Shown: positions 26,902 to 36,569, numbered from the stretch's first letter. The stretch is 64,000 nucleotides of DNA from Acidobacteriota bacterium (GCA_029263295.1 JAJCXT010000055.1:17085-81084), one strand, 5' to 3'. Numbers and translations: made by a program. Notes: generated by a model not told the origin, from the sequence alone.

Positions 26902-28392
26902 TCAGCGGCCCGACGCTGCCGCGGCCTGTAGGCCGCGCACGGACAGCGTACGTCCGGGAGTACGTTCAGTCGCGCGCGTGAAGGCCTCGTGGGCGCCATC
27001 GTACCGATCGAGCCCGAGCAACTCCTCACCGAGCAACTCGAAGGTCGGCTTGACGATCGCCGGCGGCCCGAAGGCGAATGGCATCGAGTCTTCCAGCTCC
27101 GCCGCCGACCGCAGCAACTCGATCCCCTCGGGGCTGCGACCCTCGTGCAGCGCGAGCATTCCTCGCAACTCCGCCACGTACACTCGACTGCTATCGTCGT
27201 CCGGCTCGCCGACGCCGGCCAGGAAGGCGCGAGCCTGTGCCGCGTCGCCTTGCTTCAAGGTCGCGAATGCGTTGGTGAAGCCATTAACGAAGGCGGCCCG
27301 AGCGCGCCCATTCTCGCCCGCCAAGTCGGCCGGCCAGCGGTCGGCCAGGCTCCAGTCCTCCGTATCGAAGATCTGGCGGGCCCGCATGCCAGCGAAATAC
27401 GTCCGCTCACCGGGCGTCGGATCCTCCGACATGCGTTCATGGCAGCGGTCCATCATCGCCTCGGCCTCTGCCGCGTCGCCAAGCATCAGGCGACCGTAGT
27501 GGAGCCACGACGAGTAGTGGCCGCAGACGTTCGCGGGCTCGCCCCGATCGGCCAGCTGCCCATCCTGGACGCCGCTCGCCCGGATATTGCCGCTGACCAC
27601 ATCGTCCCACATGCCCATGGCGACGAAGATGTGCGTCGTCATGTGCTGCGCGTGCGACGCGCCCGGCGCGATTTCCGAGTACAGGCGGGCGGCGGGAAGG
27701 CCGAGCGGCGCGTGCACGGGATCGTCAAACGAGTGAATCAGGTAGTGCGCCGCTCCCGGATGGTCAGGGTTGGCGTCGAACACCACCTGAGCGGTCGCGG
27801 CGCCCCGCATGTACGTCGCGAAGTCGCGACTGCCATCCTTGCTGCCGAGAATCGACAGGGCGAAGAAGGCGAGCGCCTCGTGGTCATCCGGGTAGGCCTC
27901 GCTCAAGCGCCGCATGGCCCCCATGTACGCATGATCTTGCGCCACCTTGTCGCCGCGCCCGTACAGCACCTCTAGAGCTTCGAGATACATGCGCTCGCGT
28001 TCGGAGGGTGCCTTCGCCAGCCGCTCTTCGGTGGTCGCAGCGTAGCGGCCGAGCACCTCCTGGGCAGCGGCGACATCCTTCTGGCGCCACAGCGGGTGGT
28101 TGTAGCTCATCGCCTCGCCCCAGTAGGCAAGGGCGAAGTCCGGGTCGAGCTCCTGCGCCCGCCGAAAGGCCTCCGCGGACGACTCGAATTCGAAACTGTG
28201 CAGCAGCAGGACGCCGCGGTGGAAGGCCTCCTGGGCATCGTCTGCACCCGAGTTCGGAAACGAGAGACTGCCGAGCCCCTCGATATGGGTCAGACGAACG
28301 GCATCGCTGGCAGATTCCGAGGCGGACGGCGCGCAGGCTACCGAGATGACCAGCAGTAGAACAAGCGCAGTCGCGCGGAGGTGTGCAGACAT
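26902..28392 (-). CDS. Secreted or lipoprotein tetratricopeptide-repeat (TPR) protein
   Basis: The ATG at 28392 has GGAGG 4 nt upstream. The lipobox-like sequence is 'LLLVISVACAPSA'. Repeated TPR-like helices carry A/L/Y/W periodicity ('AEAFRRAQELDPDFALAYWGEAMSY', 'EAHEAFTRATERTPG'). Confidence 0.6.
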   Translation of the reverse strand: MSAHLRATALVLLLVISVACAPSASESASDAVRLTHIEGLGSLSFPNSGADDAQEAFHRGVLLLHSFEFESSAEAFRRAQELDPDFALAYWGEAMSYNHPLWRQKDVAAAQEVLGRYAATTEERLAKAPSERERMYLEALEVLYGRGDKVAQDHAYMGAMRRLSEAYPDDHEALAFFALSILGSKDGSRDFATYMRGAATAQVVFDANPDHPGAAHYLIHSFDDPVHAPLGLPAARLYSEIAPGASHAQHMTTHIFVAMGMWDDVVSGNIRASGVQDGQLADRGEPANVCGHYSSWLHYGRLMLGDAAEAEAMMDRCHERMSEDPTPGERTYFAGMRARQIFDTEDWSLADRWPADLAGENGRARAAFVNGFTNAFATLKQGDAAQARAFLAGVGEPDDDSSRVYVAELRGMLALHEGRSPEGIELLRSAAELEDSMPFAFGPPAIVKPTFELLGEELLGLDRYDGAHEAFTRATERTPGRTLSVRGLQAAAASGR

Positions 28393-28572
28393 GGGGCCTC
28401 CAGGGGATTTCACGGATCGAGAGCAAGGCGCCGATCTTACCGGGCCTCGACCCCTGGCCCAAGGGCCCTCACCGCAGCGATGCCATCGGACTCACTCTGG
28501 CGGTCCAGGACGTGAGCACCTGTACCGCGCCGTGACATCAGTCTTTGACGCCCTCAACGGTGATTGGTACTG

Positions 28573-28593
28573 TTCCTTAGACAAACTAAGGAA
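28573..28593. promoter_or_regulatory. Perfect 8-bp inverted repeat TTCCTTAG-N5-CTAAGGAA upstream of the amidohydrolase gene
   Basis: 'ttccttagacaaactaaggaa' lies about 70 bp upstream of the 28662 ATG in an AT-rich leader. Confidence 0.4.
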
Positions 28594-28645
28594 AACGCGA
28601 TTCGGCATCTCACCGTCGCCGCGGGCAGTTCAACAATCCTCTCCC

Positions 28646-28657
28646 CTTTTCGAAAAG
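28646..28657. promoter_or_regulatory. Perfect 12-bp palindrome CTTTTCGAAAAG immediately 5' of the amidohydrolase start codon
   Basis: 'cttttcgaaaag' ends 4 nt before the ATG. It shares the TTTTCGAAA core with the site upstream of ADOP1 (3326-3333). Confidence 0.4.
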
Positions 28658-28661
28658 ACTC

Positions 28662-30053
28662 ATGACCACCACCAAGACGGCACTCATCGGCACGGCCCTC
28701 ACGCTCGTACTTGGACTGCAAGTCCCATCGGCGTTCGGTACGCCCGGCAGCGCGCGCCTGGAGGGCAACACCACCGCATTCATCAACGTTCATGTCGTGA
28801 GCATGAACCCGGCCCAGAAGAAGCCGTTGCTGAGGCGACAGACCGTCATCGTGCAGGACGGTCGCATCGTGGAGATCGGCAAAGCGAAAAGGGTCACCGT
28901 GCCGGACGGCGCCGAGATCATCAACGGCAAAGGCAAGCTCTACGTCCTGCCCGGGCTCGTCGACATGCACGTACACAACCGTGACGTGCTCGCACTGCCG
29001 GAAGACGTGACGCCTGAGGACATCTACACGATGTACTTCGCCAACGGCATCACGACGGTGCTCGACATGGCGGGGTTCAAGCAGGCCTTCCAGTGGAAGA
29101 AGGACATCGACCGCGGCAAGGTCCTTGGACCAGATTTCAACTTCACCAGTCCACTAATCGACGAGAGAGACTACGCCAGCCTAGCGCAGCTGGAATCGAC
29201 GATCAGCAAGTGGGTGAAGAGAGGCTACCCGTACATCAAGTCGCACGCCATCGCCGATCCAGCAACGCTCACGGCGATCCACAGCCTGGCCAACAAACTC
29301 GAAATACCGGTAATCGGCCACGCGCTGCGGCCGGGCTCACCGATCCAGGACACCCTGGCTCACGACCCCCTCATGATCGCCCACATCGAGGAGATCCTGA
29401 GCACCAGCGTCACCTCTCAGGTCGACTTCGAGGGACAGCTCGCGACACCGCTTCGCGACGTGGCCGCGAGCCGTGTGTGGGTGACGACCACCAATACCGT
29501 GTACGAGATCATCGCCAACACGGTAGACGACGACGCTTTCGCCAGGCTGCTGGGGCGCCCCGAGATGAAGTACATCCCACCCACCGCACGGTCACTGTGG
29601 GAGTTTCAGAACAAGTTCCGAGATCCGAGTTTCGGGGGCGACCGCGACTTCTGGATGGCACAACTCGCCATCGAGTCGTACATCGCAAACCAGCTCGTCG
29701 AACTCGGCGCGCTCGATCGCCTGCTACTGGGCTCAGACGCCGGCGGCCCGGAGCTGGTGCTCCCCGGCTTCTCGATCCATGACGAACTGCGCCTGTTGGT
29801 CGAGGCCGGGCTATCCCCGTGGGAGGCGACCCTGACCGGTACCTACAACCCGTCCGTGTTCTTCGGGACGATGGACGAGGTCGGCACCGTCGAAGAAGGC
29901 AAGCGTGCCGACCTGCTCCTCGTGAAGGGCAACCCACTGAAGAAGATCGGCCGGCTGGCGAAGCCGGCGGGGCTCATGGTCAATGGAGTCTTCCTGTCCG
30001 CGGCCGATCTTGCCGACCGGCTCGAAGCGCTGGCCGCCAAGTGGGTCAGCTGA
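28662..30053 (+). CDS. Secreted amidohydrolase-family metal-dependent hydrolase
   Basis: Signal peptide 'ALIGTALTLVLGLQVPSAFG'. 'LPGLVDMHVHN' is the HxH metal-binding start of the TIM-barrel amidohydrolases. The C-terminus is 'GKRADLLLV...NPL', typical of the family. Confidence 0.8.
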   Translation: MTTTKTALIGTALTLVLGLQVPSAFGTPGSARLEGNTTAFINVHVVSMNPAQKKPLLRRQTVIVQDGRIVEIGKAKRVTVPDGAEIINGKGKLYVLPGLVDMHVHNRDVLALPEDVTPEDIYTMYFANGITTVLDMAGFKQAFQWKKDIDRGKVLGPDFNFTSPLIDERDYASLAQLESTISKWVKRGYPYIKSHAIADPATLTAIHSLANKLEIPVIGHALRPGSPIQDTLAHDPLMIAHIEEILSTSVTSQVDFEGQLATPLRDVAASRVWVTTTNTVYEIIANTVDDDAFARLLGRPEMKYIPPTARSLWEFQNKFRDPSFGGDRDFWMAQLAIESYIANQLVELGALDRLLLGSDAGGPELVLPGFSIHDELRLLVEAGLSPWEATLTGTYNPSVFFGTMDEVGTVEEGKRADLLLVKGNPLKKIGRLAKPAGLMVNGVFLSAADLADRLEALAAKWVS

Positions 30054-30170
30054 CCGCCCCGCGGCAGTGAATCCTGACTGACGGCAGTGGGTTCAGGGGT
30101 AAATAGCGCGGCTCCGGATCCAGCAGGGCACGCTCGAGGTATTCGCTTGAGTTCATGTATGTCTCTAGAC

Positions 30171-30192
30171 ATATATGATCGCGATCATATAT
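30171..30192. promoter_or_regulatory. 22-bp perfect palindrome ATATATGATCGCGATCATATAT upstream of PadR-4 (candidate operator)
   Basis: It is fully self-complementary. It lies 40 bp upstream of the PadR-4 ATG, with an adjacent TCTAGA-containing imperfect dyad at 30156-30170. Confidence 0.55.
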
Positions 30193-30231
30193 CGTGGCTG
30201 ACGTCGAATCTGGCTCCAGCGAGGACAAGTA

Positions 30232-30606
30232 ATGAGCGGGACCGCATCAGAATCCGCGATTGGCGAACTCTTACCGTTGCACACGCGCGACTTTCACATC
30301 CTGCTGACATTGCTCGACGGCGACTGTCACGGCTACGGCCTGGTGAAGGCCATCGAGCGGCGCACCGCGGGCGAGCTGAGCCTCGATCCCGCCAATCTGT
30401 ATCGTGCCCTCCAACGGCTGAAGCAGAGCCGCCTGGTTCGCGACGCTGAAGCGCCGATCGCCGGCGAGGCCGATGGTCGCACGCGTCGTTATCACGGCAT
30501 CACCGATCTCGGCAGAACCACGCTCGAGGCAGAGGCTCAGCGCATGCGCCAGCTCGCCGACGCCGTGCAGGCCCGCGGCGCAGTGGCCTCGTCGGAGGAG
30601 TCGTGA
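30232..30606 (+). CDS. PadR-family transcriptional regulator (subtype B; module 4)
   Basis: 124 aa with 'FHILLTLLDGDCHGYGLVKAIERRTAGELSLDPANLYRALQRLKQSRLV'. Confidence 0.85.
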   Translation: MSGTASESAIGELLPLHTRDFHILLTLLDGDCHGYGLVKAIERRTAGELSLDPANLYRALQRLKQSRLVRDAEAPIAGEADGRTRRYHGITDLGRTTLEAEAQRMRQLADAVQARGAVASSEES

Positions 30607-33359
30607 GCCGCGCCGGCGAAGGCATAAGGGCCGCCACGAAGCCACACGAGTGGGAGCCGCCCCGAGTCGGTTTGCGCACGTACCGTGCTGCGTACGCACT
30701 CCTGATCCGCACGCTACCGCGTCCGCTGCGACGCGACTACAGCGACGACATGCTGCGACTCGCCGACGAGTTGTACCGCGACGCCTCCGGACGCGGCCGC
30801 CGCGCCGCATTGACGCTGGCCGCAACGTCGATCACGCGGCTGCTCAGTAGCGCAATCGGCGCACGCATCCATCAACTGCGGGCCCGATTCGGATCCCGCT
30901 CCTCGCTCCCCCGTAGTCCCCGCCACGGAGGCAGTCCCTTGCACGGCCTGCACCACGACATTCGACTCGGCCTGCGCGCGCTCATCCGAGAGCCCGGGTA
31001 CGCAGCCCTCGTGATCTTCACCCTGGCCCTGGCCATCAGCGTCAACAGCACGATGTTCTCGATGGTGCGGATCCTGCTATCGCCACCAGTACCGTTCGTC
31101 GACATCGACAGGTTGGTCTTCCCGTACTCGCGCAATCAGGAACTCAACCGACAACGTGCCGGCGTCTCGCTTCCCGACATGCTGGATCTCGAAACCGCGG
31201 TGCCGGCGGTCTCGGCGCTGGTCGGACAACGTCGCGAGCGCTTCCTCGTAGCCGGATCCGAGGAGCCCGCCCGAGTCGGCGGGGCGACCGTATCGACCAA
31301 CTACTTCGAGGTGCTCGGCATTCAGCTTGAAATGGGACGCGACTTCCTGCCGGAAGAGTCGACGCCGGGGCGAGGTCGGGTCCTGTTGATCACGCATGGC
31401 AGCTGGGAGCGCCGTTTCGGGGAAGACCCGCAGATCCTGGGCCGTGAGGTGTTCCTGGACGGCATCGCTCACACCGTGGTGGGAGTACTCTCAGAGGGTC
31501 TGGAGGCGGGGCCTTCCCGCGCCATCGAGTTGTACCGACCACTGGCGCACGACGAGGCCACGCTGCGGCGAGATCTTCGTGATCTCTCCGTCATCGGCCG
31601 GCTTGCCTCCGGCGCCTCGTTCGAGCAGGCCGATGAAGGGCTCCTCGCCGCATCTCGCCAGTTACAGAGCGCCCACCCGGACAGCAATTCCGCGTGGGAG
31701 GTTGTCACCCTGGGATTCCGCCAGGCAATGGTCGGGACCAACGCGACGATGGTGTTCTCGCTCATGAGCGGCGCGGTCTTCTTCGTGCTGCTGATCGCGT
31801 GCATCAACGTCGCCAACCTCACGCTGGCGCGGGCCACCGCCCGGCGTCGCGAGTTGACCGTGCGGGTCGCCCTCGGCGCGCGCCGCTGGCGTGTGGTTCG
31901 TCAGATTCTCATCGAGAGCACCCTGCTCGCGCTGTTCGCCGCAGGCGTCGGACTGCTGCTGACCCGCGTCACTTTCGACGGCCTCGTCGCCCTGACCCGT
32001 GGGCGTGTGGGCCTGCTTACCGAGATGAACATCGATGGCGGCATGCTGGTGTTCACGTTGCTGTTGTCGCTGGCCACACCGATCCTGTTCGCGCTCTGGC
32101 CCGCTCTCAAAGCCTCGGGGGGAGACTTGAGCACGGAGCTCAGGAGCGGCGGTCGCGGTGCCAGCTTCGGGCGCTCGGAGCGTAGGCGACGCGGCGTTCT
32201 GGTAGCCACACAGATGACCCTTGCGCTGACGCTGCTGATTCTGGCCAGCCTCACCTCCCGCAGCATGTACGAGCTGCTGAGTATCGATCTCGGTTTCGAT
32301 GCAACCGACCTGCTCACCTTCCAGATCGAGCTACCGGAAGCCAACTATCCTGGCCCCGAGGTGGTCGAAGAGTTCTTCGCGTCGGCACGCGACGAGATCG
32401 CCACGATTCCCGGCGTTCAAGACGTAGCGATCGTCAGTCACCGCCCGATCGTCGGCGGCGAGCCCTCGCTGCGCCTGGTAATCGAGGGCAAGTCTGAAGG
32501 GCGAGGCGGCGACAGCGCCATGGCCGCGGTCGTGGCGGCCGACACGGGCCTCTTCGACACGGTCGGCGTCGCACTGTCGCGCGGTCGAGGTTTCGACCCC
32601 CGCGACGACGCGACCGGCGTTCCAGTTGCGATCGTTAGCCAGGCGGCGGTGGAGCGCTACTGGCCAGAGGGGGATGTGCTCGGCAGCCGCATTCAGATTG
32701 GCGCCGACTCGACGGTGGCGTGGCGCCAGGTCGTCGGCGTGGTCTCCGATCTGCGCAACCCCGACGCCAACCTCCCTCCCGAGCCTCACGTCTACCTGCC
32801 GTTCGCGCAGGATCCGCGCCCGACGATGTCATTCCTGGTCAGGACATCCGGATCGATGGACCAGTTTGCGACTGTGGTTCGCGAGCGGGTTTGGCAGATC
32901 GATCCGCTGCAACCAATCGACGACTTCCGCACCATGCAACAAATCCGCCATGACGACCTCAGCGGTGACCTGGCCATGATCGGCCTGATCGCGCTGTTCG
33001 GAGTCGTCGCGTTCGGCCTCGCTGTCGCCGGGGTCTACGGCGTCGTCTCCTACTCGGTCAGCCAGCGGCGTCGCGAAATCGGCGTGCGCATGGCGGTCGG
33101 CGCGCGCAGCCAGGACGTGCTCGGCATGGTGACCGGACAGGGCCTGACCCATGTGCTGGCTGGCGTCGTGGTCGGCCTTGCCCTCGGGCTCGGGATGTCG
33201 CGCTTGATCGCCGGAACGCTCTACGGCGTCAGCGTTGTCGACCCGGTGACGTTCCTCGGGGTTCCGCTGATGCTGCTTGGCGTGAGTCTCGTCGCCTCTA
33301 TCATCCCGGCCCGACGCGCTGCGCGACTCGACCCGGTGGATACGCTCAGGGTGGAATAG
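30603..33359 (+). CDS. MacB/FtsX-type duplicated orphan permease (ADOP family) with prefix domain (module 4)
   Basis: The GTG start overlaps the PadR-4 stop (GTGA). The prefix is 'YRAAYALLIRTLPRPLRRDYSDDMLRLADELYRD'. FtsX block 1 is 'NVANLTLARATARRRELTVRVALGA' and block 2 is 'YSVSQRRREIGVRMAVGA'. The C-terminus is 'PVDTLRVE'. Confidence 0.85.
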   Translation: MSRAGEGIRAATKPHEWEPPRVGLRTYRAAYALLIRTLPRPLRRDYSDDMLRLADELYRDASGRGRRAALTLAATSITRLLSSAIGARIHQLRARFGSRSSLPRSPRHGGSPLHGLHHDIRLGLRALIREPGYAALVIFTLALAISVNSTMFSMVRILLSPPVPFVDIDRLVFPYSRNQELNRQRAGVSLPDMLDLETAVPAVSALVGQRRERFLVAGSEEPARVGGATVSTNYFEVLGIQLEMGRDFLPEESTPGRGRVLLITHGSWERRFGEDPQILGREVFLDGIAHTVVGVLSEGLEAGPSRAIELYRPLAHDEATLRRDLRDLSVIGRLASGASFEQADEGLLAASRQLQSAHPDSNSAWEVVTLGFRQAMVGTNATMVFSLMSGAVFFVLLIACINVANLTLARATARRRELTVRVALGARRWRVVRQILIESTLLALFAAGVGLLLTRVTFDGLVALTRGRVGLLTEMNIDGGMLVFTLLLSLATPILFALWPALKASGGDLSTELRSGGRGASFGRSERRRRGVLVATQMTLALTLLILASLTSRSMYELLSIDLGFDATDLLTFQIELPEANYPGPEVVEEFFASARDEIATIPGVQDVAIVSHRPIVGGEPSLRLVIEGKSEGRGGDSAMAAVVAADTGLFDTVGVALSRGRGFDPRDDATGVPVAIVSQAAVERYWPEGDVLGSRIQIGADSTVAWRQVVGVVSDLRNPDANLPPEPHVYLPFAQDPRPTMSFLVRTSGSMDQFATVVRERVWQIDPLQPIDDFRTMQQIRHDDLSGDLAMIGLIALFGVVAFGLAVAGVYGVVSYSVSQRRREIGVRMAVGARSQDVLGMVTGQGLTHVLAGVVVGLALGLGMSRLIAGTLYGVSVVDPVTFLGVPLMLLGVSLVASIIPARRAARLDPVDTLRVE

Positions 33360-33441
33360 GCAACGGAGCCTTGCTCTGAGATCCGAAGTTCAGGGGCCCG
33401 TGGGTTTTCGGGCTGAGTCGCCGAGACTGAAGGGTAAATAA

Positions 33442-33473
33442 CTCGTATACTAGATATATACCTAGTATACGAG
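33442..33473. promoter_or_regulatory. Inverted repeat CTCGTATACTAG-N8-CTAGTATACGAG upstream of PadR-5 (candidate operator)
   Basis: It has perfect 12-bp arms and an 'atatatac' spacer. It lies about 65 bp upstream of the PadR-5 ATG in an AT-rich island. Confidence 0.55.
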
Positions 33474-33536
33474 CTAACCTTTCGACGCTTTCGCGCGTCT
33501 GACTATCTGAACGTCACCAACCCGCGAGCCCACACA

Positions 33537-33845
33537 ATGAGCAAACTCCGAATGACCTTCACGACCGGCGTGGTCCTGCAGTCTATTTCCAGCGGCCATC
33601 GTTACGGCTTCGACATCATGGACGTGTCGGGACTGCCCGACGGCACCGTCTACCCTGCCCTGCGTCGCCTCGAGGACGCGGGCATGCTCGTGTCCGAGTG
33701 GGAGTCGGAGGAGGCGGCCGGCAAGCGGCCGCCTCGCTGCTACTACGGGCTGACCGCCGACGGCGAGGAAATGCTCGCCACCGCGCGCGCGAAGTTCAGA
33801 GGGCTCGCGGGAGCCATCGCCGACCCGGACGCGGGGGCCAGGTAA
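33537..33845 (+). CDS. PadR-family transcriptional regulator (subtype C; module 5)
   Basis: 102 aa with 'GVVLQSISSGHRYGFDIMDVSGLPDGTVYPALRRLEDAGMLVSEWE...RCYYGLTADGEEML'. Confidence 0.8.
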   Translation: MSKLRMTFTTGVVLQSISSGHRYGFDIMDVSGLPDGTVYPALRRLEDAGMLVSEWESEEAAGKRPPRCYYGLTADGEEMLATARAKFRGLAGAIADPDAGAR

Positions 33846-36569
33846 GTGGGAACGTCAAATACCTTCCGTCCGGAATCTAAACTCGCGCCGAGCACCGGTA
33901 TCGCCTTGCGCGCGGGTCTCCTGGTCGTCCGCGCCGCGTCGTGGGTAGCGCCGGCCCGGGAACGCGATCGCTTTCACCGACAGTGGTGCGGCGAGCTGAG
34001 CTTCGCGGCTGAGCGCTCGACGACCTCCGGCCAAGCACTCCTGCGCCGCTCCCTCCTGGCGCTTCGTGATGCGGTCACTCTGCGCACCCGCCGAGCCCGG
34101 GGCGAGGGCCCCGCCGGCGCCACGCCTCCTGGCGGCCCCCGACCGCGGCTGCTGGAAGAATTCCTGCAGGATCTGCGCTTTGGTTTCCGCTCACTGCGGA
34201 AATCACCCGGGTTCACCGCCGTCGCGATCATGACCACCGCGCTGGGCATCGGCGCAACGACGACCATCTTCAGTCTCGTCGATGGCATCCTGCTCAAGCC
34301 GCTGCCCTACCCGGACCCCGAGCACCTGGTTGTGGTGTGGCCCGAGATGCACTTCTCCAGCGCGTTGATCGACCGCGTCGAACCGAGCCTCGAGGCCTAT
34401 GACGCGTTCTCCGGCTACGGCGACAGCTGGGAGTACACGTGGCTGAGGGACGATGGTGCCGAACGCCTGCGCGGGCCGATCGCCACGGCCGGGTTCTTCG
34501 ACGTCCTCGGAGTACCGATGACGCTCGGCCGCGGGTTCCAGGCCGGCGACGACGCTCCCGGGGCAACGAACGTTGTCCTGAGCGAACGCTTCTGGCGTGA
34601 GCGTCTCGAGGCCAGCCCCGATGTCATCGGCACTGCAATGCGAATCAACGGCCAGGAGCACGTCGTCGTTGGGGTCGGCGGACCGTCGATGAGTGCCTTC
34701 CATCCCGATGCCGACATCGTGATGCCATGGATACTCGATGCGGCGGCGCCGTCGTATCGATCGCAGGATCTGAAGCTCATCGCGCGACTGCGCGCCGGCG
34801 TCGGACCCGAGGCTGCGCTAGCCGAGTTGCGCGTCTTCATCGACGGGCTGAAAACCGAGTTCGAGTTGCCCGTCGACTTCGGCGACGACGCCGAGATCAT
34901 GCCGCTGCAGACCTACCTGGTGGGTGACAGCCGCCCGATGCTGCTACTGCTGTTCGGCGCCGTCGGCCTGACCTTGCTGATCGCCAGCGCCAACGTAGCC
35001 AACCTGTTGCTCGCGCGGGCCCTCGCACGACAGCGTGAGATCGCGGTCCGCGTCGCGCTCGGAGCCCGTGGCGGCAGGCTGGCGAGACAGATCCTCACCG
35101 AGACCTCGCTGCTCGGTTTGCTCGGTGCGATTCCGGGGGTCCTGCTCGCGGTCTTCGGGCTCAGCGTCGTGCTGTCGTTGTTGCCCGCAGACACACCGCG
35201 CCTCGCCAGCGTGGCCATCGACGGCACTGCCCTCGCTTTCTCGATCGGCATCGCCCTGCTCACCGGCTGCGCCGTGGGTGTTATTCCCGCCATCCAGGCG
35301 GCGCGCTCCGACGTGCGCGACACGCTGACCTCGGGCGGGCGTAGTGGCAGCGACAGCGCCGGGCGACAGCGCCTGCGCCGCCTCGTGGTCCTGTCCGAAA
35401 TCGCCCTGGCTGTCACGCTGGTCGCCGCCGCCGGACTCCTCGTCAAGAGTTTCCTGCGGGTCACGGACGTCGACCCTGGATTCCAGCCGGACGGACTGGT
35501 GACCTTCAACATCGACCCTGCCCGGGAGACGCTGGGTTCCGCGTCCGAGGCGCGCCAGTATTACGCGCGCCTGCGGGAGCGGCTCGACGCTCTTCCGGGA
35601 GTCGGCGAGACCTCCTCGGTCTGGAAGGTGGCCTTCAGTGAGGATGGCGGGCTCAACGGTCTGCGGCGCGCGGACAAGCCGCTGAACCCCGACGACCGGG
35701 GTGAACTCGTCCGCTGGCGTCCAGTCGCTAACAACTACTTCGCTACAGCCGGACTCCGCCTGCGGCGCGGACGCCTCTTCGCGTCGGACGACGAGGGCGG
35801 CGAACCGGTTACGGTGATCTCGCAGGCAATGACCGACGTCCTCTTCCCCGGCGAAGACCCCATCGGCCATCAGATCTTGACCACCATGGAACGAGAAGTT
35901 CCGCTGCGCATCATCGGCGTCGTGGAAGACCTGAAACTAGCCGGCCTCGATCGCGCTGGTCCGGCGGTCGCCTATCGGCCCTACGCGCAAGTTGACGAGA
36001 TCATGACGGAATACGGGATGTTCTATCGGCGCTGGATCGTCCTGCGCACGGCCGGCTCACCGGCACCCGGGATCGCTGCGACGATCCGCAACGCCGTGCG
36101 CGAGGAGGACCCCACCGCACTGTTTGCAGACTACGTCGCGATGCCTACCGCCATCAGCAACTCGCTGGCGGCGAGGCGAGCCACCATGACCCTCCTGACG
36201 GTGTTCGCCCTCTCGGCGGTCACCCTTGGCGCCATCGGCATCTATGGCGTGATGGCCTATGCGGTACGGCAACGTGCGCGGGAGATCAGCATCCGCGTGG
36301 CGCTCGGAGCGACGCAGCGACGAGTCATCCGCGATGTGATCAGCGATTCGCTCAAGGTCGCCCTCGGCGGCACTGCCCTCGGTCTTGTCCTGACTCTCGG
36401 CGCGGCGCAGTGGGTGCGAGAGTTCCTGTTCGAGGTCGACGCGTTCGATCCCGTCGTACTCGCAGCGGCGGCCGGGTCCGCGATGCTTGTCGCGGTGACG
36501 GCTTCGTTGCTGCCGGCATGGCGAGCCGCACAGGCGGATCCGGCAACGACCCTCGGAAGCGACGAGTAG
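33846..36569 (+). CDS. MacB/FtsX-type duplicated orphan permease (ADOP family) with prefix domain (module 5)
   Basis: The GTG start directly abuts the PadR-5 TAA. The prefix is 'ALRAGLLVVRAASWVAPARERDRFHRQWCGELSFAAE'. FtsX block 1 is 'NVANLLLARALARQREIAVRVALGA' and block 2 is 'YAVRQRAREISIRVALGA'. The C-terminus is 'PATTLGSDE'. Confidence 0.85.
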   Translation: MGTSNTFRPESKLAPSTGIALRAGLLVVRAASWVAPARERDRFHRQWCGELSFAAERSTTSGQALLRRSLLALRDAVTLRTRRARGEGPAGATPPGGPRPRLLEEFLQDLRFGFRSLRKSPGFTAVAIMTTALGIGATTTIFSLVDGILLKPLPYPDPEHLVVVWPEMHFSSALIDRVEPSLEAYDAFSGYGDSWEYTWLRDDGAERLRGPIATAGFFDVLGVPMTLGRGFQAGDDAPGATNVVLSERFWRERLEASPDVIGTAMRINGQEHVVVGVGGPSMSAFHPDADIVMPWILDAAAPSYRSQDLKLIARLRAGVGPEAALAELRVFIDGLKTEFELPVDFGDDAEIMPLQTYLVGDSRPMLLLLFGAVGLTLLIASANVANLLLARALARQREIAVRVALGARGGRLARQILTETSLLGLLGAIPGVLLAVFGLSVVLSLLPADTPRLASVAIDGTALAFSIGIALLTGCAVGVIPAIQAARSDVRDTLTSGGRSGSDSAGRQRLRRLVVLSEIALAVTLVAAAGLLVKSFLRVTDVDPGFQPDGLVTFNIDPARETLGSASEARQYYARLRERLDALPGVGETSSVWKVAFSEDGGLNGLRRADKPLNPDDRGELVRWRPVANNYFATAGLRLRRGRLFASDDEGGEPVTVISQAMTDVLFPGEDPIGHQILTTMEREVPLRIIGVVEDLKLAGLDRAGPAVAYRPYAQVDEIMTEYGMFYRRWIVLRTAGSPAPGIAATIRNAVREEDPTALFADYVAMPTAISNSLAARRATMTLLTVFALSAVTLGAIGIYGVMAYAVRQRAREISIRVALGATQRRVIRDVISDSLKVALGGTALGLVLTLGAAQWVREFLFEVDAFDPVVLAAAAGSAMLVAVTASLLPAWRAAQADPATTLGSDE

